In this document: piece after piece, positions 60,458 through 64,000 of the stretch
Position numbering within the stretch: the stretch's first letter is position 1
Layout of the letters: each line of letters opens with the position of its first letter
DNA from: Pseudoxanthomonas sp.
GTDB lineage: Bacteria > Pseudomonadota > Gammaproteobacteria > Xanthomonadales > Xanthomonadaceae
Reading direction: 5' to 3'
DNA: 64,000 bases
NCBI GenBank assembly: GCA_039807145.1
Contig: JBDHQQ010000001.1
Coordinates: forward strand, 800-64,799
The notes under the pieces: model-generated
Database searches by the model: none
What the model was told of the DNA's origin: nothing
Seen by the model: only the letters and a program-made list of their open reading frames with translations
Program-made: the position numbers and the translations under genes

Positions 60458-61497
60458 GGGAACAGTTCCTGCAGCCGGTCGATGATGCGTTCGGTGCCGT
60501 CGCGTACCGGGTCCTGCGCGGGCAGGCCGAGCAGGTCTTCGGCTTCGCGACAGGCGCGCCGTGCCTCTTCCGCGGACAGCTTTGCGGTATTGAGGGCCAC
60601 GCCGACCGCGACCACTGCGGGATTGGTGAGGCGCGCGGTGGCCAGGTTCGCTTCCAGCGTGGTCTTCAGATCCGGTACCGGGTAATGCTTCAGCCCGCGC
60701 ATGTGCGGGCGGCCCGGCTCGTGGCACAGCACCAGCGCGTCGGGCTGGGCCCCGTGCAGCAGGCCGGTCGACACGCCCGCGAAGGAGGGATGGAACAGCG
60801 AACCCTGGCCTTCGATCAGGTCCCAGCCGTCGTCGTGGCGGTCGGGCGATAGCCATTCGATGCCGCCGGAGATGAAGTCGGCGACCACCGCATCGATCGG
60901 AATGCCGCGTCCGGCCACGAAGATGCCGGTCTGTCCGGTGGCGCGGAAATCGGCCTTCAGGCCGCGTGCGCGCATTTCCGTTTCCAGCGACAGCGTGGTG
61001 TACATCTTGCCCGTCGAACAATCGGTGCCGACGGTCAACAGGCGCCGCCCGGCGCGCTTGAGGCCATTGCCGACCGGCGTGTGCGGGGGAGTGCGGGCAT
61101 CGAACAGGTGCTTGCCGTTGCGGCGTGCGGCCTCGACGATTTCCGGGTGCATGCTCAGGCGTTCGTGCAGGCCGGAGGCCACGTTCATGCCGGCGTCGAG
61201 TGCGGCGACGATGTCCGTCACCGACTCGGGGCCGAGACGGCCGCCGGCGTTGGCCACGCCGACGATCATGGTATTGGCGCCGGCCGCGCGCGCCTCGGCG
61301 AAGCCCATGTCCGGTACCGGCACGCTGGTCTTGCACTCGGGGCCGCGAAACTGGCCCACGCACCAGTCGGGCCGGAACTGCGCCAGGCCGCGCGCGGTCT
61401 TGGCCGAGAGATCGTCGGGCGCATTGCCCAGGTACAGCAGGAACGGCGGGGGCCAGGTCGAGTCGTCAAGGGTGGCGGGCTGGGGAAGCGGATTCAT
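60451..61497 (-). CDS. dgcN: D-glutamate N-acetyltransferase (DUF1611 family)
   Basis: FLLYLG...AKTA.G, GVANAGG, ASGLH, VGTDCSTGKM, ATGQTG, EGQGSLFHP, LLHGAQPD. Confidence 0.88.
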   Translation of the reverse strand: MNPLPQPATLDDSTWPPPFLLYLGNAPDDLSAKTARGLAQFRPDWCVGQFRGPECKTSVPVPDMGFAEARAAGANTMIVGVANAGGRLGPESVTDIVAALDAGMNVASGLHERLSMHPEIVEAARRNGKHLFDARTPPHTPVGNGLKRAGRRLLTVGTDCSTGKMYTTLSLETEMRARGLKADFRATGQTGIFVAGRGIPIDAVVADFISGGIEWLSPDRHDDGWDLIEGQGSLFHPSFAGVSTGLLHGAQPDALVLCHEPGRPHMRGLKHYPVPDLKTTLEANLATARLTNPAVVAVGVALNTAKLSAEEARRACREAEDLLGLPAQDPVRDGTERIIDRLQELFPC

Positions 61498-61583
61498 GGG
61501 TGGGCGAGGGCATGTGGGAAAGGGTTCCGGGACATCTTGGTGCCTGCCCGGAGCCGGCGCCATTGAAAAGACGCCGGCCACGC

Positions 61584-61598
61584 ATAACTGCAGGCTAT
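61584..61598. promoter_or_regulatory. Putative LysR box upstream of dgcN
   Basis: ATAAC-TGCAG-GCTAT in the dgcN/dctA divergent region. Confidence 0.7.
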
Positions 61599-61745
61599 GG
61601 GCCGGCGCGATAGCGTGGCGGTCACGGCACGGGTCGATTGCGGGCGGTGCCCCGGCCTGCTTAGGGTATTGTCGTCGCCGGAACCCAGCGGCGTATCGGC
61701 GCAACCGGAGTCTGCATGCAGCCAACAGCCGGCGAAGGGATGTCG

Positions 61746-63074
61746 ATGCCGCCTGCACGACCGTTCTACCGCCACCTGTACTTCCAGGTGCTGGCCGCGA
61801 TCGTGTTGGGCGCGCTGCTGGGCCACTTCCAGCCGGCGCTGGGCGAATCGCTGAAGCCGCTGGGCGACGCCTTCATCAAACTGGTGAAGATGATCATCGG
61901 CCCGGTGATCTTCCTGACCATCGTCACCGGCATTTCCGGCATGACCCAGCTGCGCACGGTCGGCCGGGTGTTCGTCAAGGCGATGGCGTACTTCCTGTTC
62001 TTCTCCACGCTGGCGCTGGTCGTCGGCCTGCTGGTCGCGCACGCGGTGCAGCCGGGCGCCGGCATGCACGTGAACGCCGCCGACCTGGACCAGGGCGCGG
62101 TGAACGACTACGTCAGCAAATCGCACGAGCTGACCCTGGTCGGTTTCGCGATGGACATCATCCCGAAAACCCTGCTCAGCCCGCTGGTCGGCGACAACAT
62201 CCTGCAGGTGCTGCTGGTCGCGGTGCTGTTCGGCATCGCGCTTGCGCTGACCGGCGAACGCGGCCGGCCGGTCGCCGATCTGCTCAACGCGCTGGTCGCG
62301 CCGGTGTTCCGCCTCGTGCACATCCTGATGATGGCCGCGCCGATCGGCGCGTTCGGCGCGATCGCCTTCACCATCGGCAAGTACGGGATCGCAGCGCTGT
62401 CGAACCTGGCCTGGCTGGTCGGTTCGTTCTACCTGACCTCGCTGCTGTTCGTGCTGGTGGTGCTGGGCACGGTCGCGCGCGTGTGCGGCTTCTCGGTGCT
62501 GAAGCTGATCCGCTACCTGAAGGCCGAACTGCTGCTGGTGCTGGGCACCTCGTCGTCCGAGTCGGCGCTGCCGTCGCTGATGGAGAAGATGGAGCGGGCC
62601 GGCTGCGCCAAGCCGGTGGTCGGACTGGTGGTGCCGACCGGCTACTCGTTCAACCTGGACGGCACCAACATCTACATGACCCTTGCGGCGCTGTTCATCG
62701 CCCAGGCCACCGACACGCACCTTACCCTAGGCCACCAGGTCGCGCTGCTGCTGGTGGCGATGCTCAGCTCGAAGGGCGCCGCCGGCGTCACCGGCGCCGG
62801 CTTCATCACCCTCGCGGCGACGCTGGCGGTGGTGCCGGAGGTGCCCGTCGCGGGCATGGCGCTGATCCTTGGCGTGGATCGCTTCATGAGCGAATGCCGT
62901 TCGTTGACCAATTTCATCGGCAACGCCGTGGCCACCGTGGTCGTCGCGCGCTGGGAAGGCGCACTCGACCGCGACGCGCTGGGTCGCGCCCTGGACGGTC
63001 GCGCCGGACCGCTGAGCGCGCCGCCGGACCCGGCCGCCGGGCCCGGCGATCCGACCCGGCTGACCATCGACTGA
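61746..63074 (+). CDS. dctA: C4-dicarboxylate transporter DctA (DAACS family)
   Basis: [55 protein letters not shown]. Confidence 0.93.
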   Translation: MPPARPFYRHLYFQVLAAIVLGALLGHFQPALGESLKPLGDAFIKLVKMIIGPVIFLTIVTGISGMTQLRTVGRVFVKAMAYFLFFSTLALVVGLLVAHAVQPGAGMHVNAADLDQGAVNDYVSKSHELTLVGFAMDIIPKTLLSPLVGDNILQVLLVAVLFGIALALTGERGRPVADLLNALVAPVFRLVHILMMAAPIGAFGAIAFTIGKYGIAALSNLAWLVGSFYLTSLLFVLVVLGTVARVCGFSVLKLIRYLKAELLLVLGTSSSESALPSLMEKMERAGCAKPVVGLVVPTGYSFNLDGTNIYMTLAALFIAQATDTHLTLGHQVALLLVAMLSSKGAAGVTGAGFITLAATLAVVPEVPVAGMALILGVDRFMSECRSLTNFIGNAVATVVVARWEGALDRDALGRALDGRAGPLSAPPDPAAGPGDPTRLTID

Positions 63075-63243
63075 GCGTGGCCGGGATTCCGGCGTTCGTC
63101 GAGCGCATTTCCACGGATGAATCGCCGGAAACGCCCGCGACTGCGGCGCGAACGGCGGGAACAGTCGCGGGTTTCCCCTTGCACCGCAGCGACGGCCTGC
63201 GGATGAACCGGCTAGAATCGTCGGGGGCCACGGAAACCATGCG

Positions 63244-64000
<757 letters not shown>

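Noticed and set aside
59447-61363. Apparent 638-aa extended epimerase or dgcN-dgcA fusion
   Set aside because: The upstream part is an alternate frame of dgcN; dgcA starts at GTG 60457, overlapping the dgcN stop.
61621-61641. Sigma-54 promoter for dctA (CGGCAC...TTGC)
   Set aside because: GG-to-GC spacing is 12 nt rather than the required 10.

Overview
High-GC chromosomal segment whose gene order and content suggest a Xanthomonadales/Lysobacteraceae bacterium (Lysobacter/Luteimonas-like; inferred from gene content only). About 57 CDSs. The left 39 kb is mostly housekeeping: ndh (partial), priA, MATE, sppA, cca, slt, two dsbA, cytochrome c4, engB, GH13 amylase, gshA, frmR-frmA-fghA, amn, a Grx4 fusion, alaA and rsgA. 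It also carries one IS1595-family element and three families of palindromic intergenic repeats. Most notable: (1) A ~22 kb D-amino-acid / gamma-D-glutamyl-peptide scavenging locus at 39.5-61.5 kb. It encodes an exported VanX + serine D-peptidase fusion, two TonB-dependent receptors, a Tat-exported BsrV-like racemase, a QEGLA metallopeptidase, a LysR regulator, two gamma-glutamyltransferases (one with an altered, CapD-like donor pocket), a second serine peptidase, GltS, a lipoprotein D-aminoacylase and the dgcN-dgcA D-glutamate pathway. Three of its promoter regions share an ATAAC-N5-GCTAT LysR-type box. (2) A DARS2-like non-coding element upstream of priA (inverted DnaA-box pair with 5-bp spacer, extra boxes, consensus IHF site). 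No rRNA, tRNA or CRISPR array was seen. All product calls come from motif recognition by eye, not database searches.
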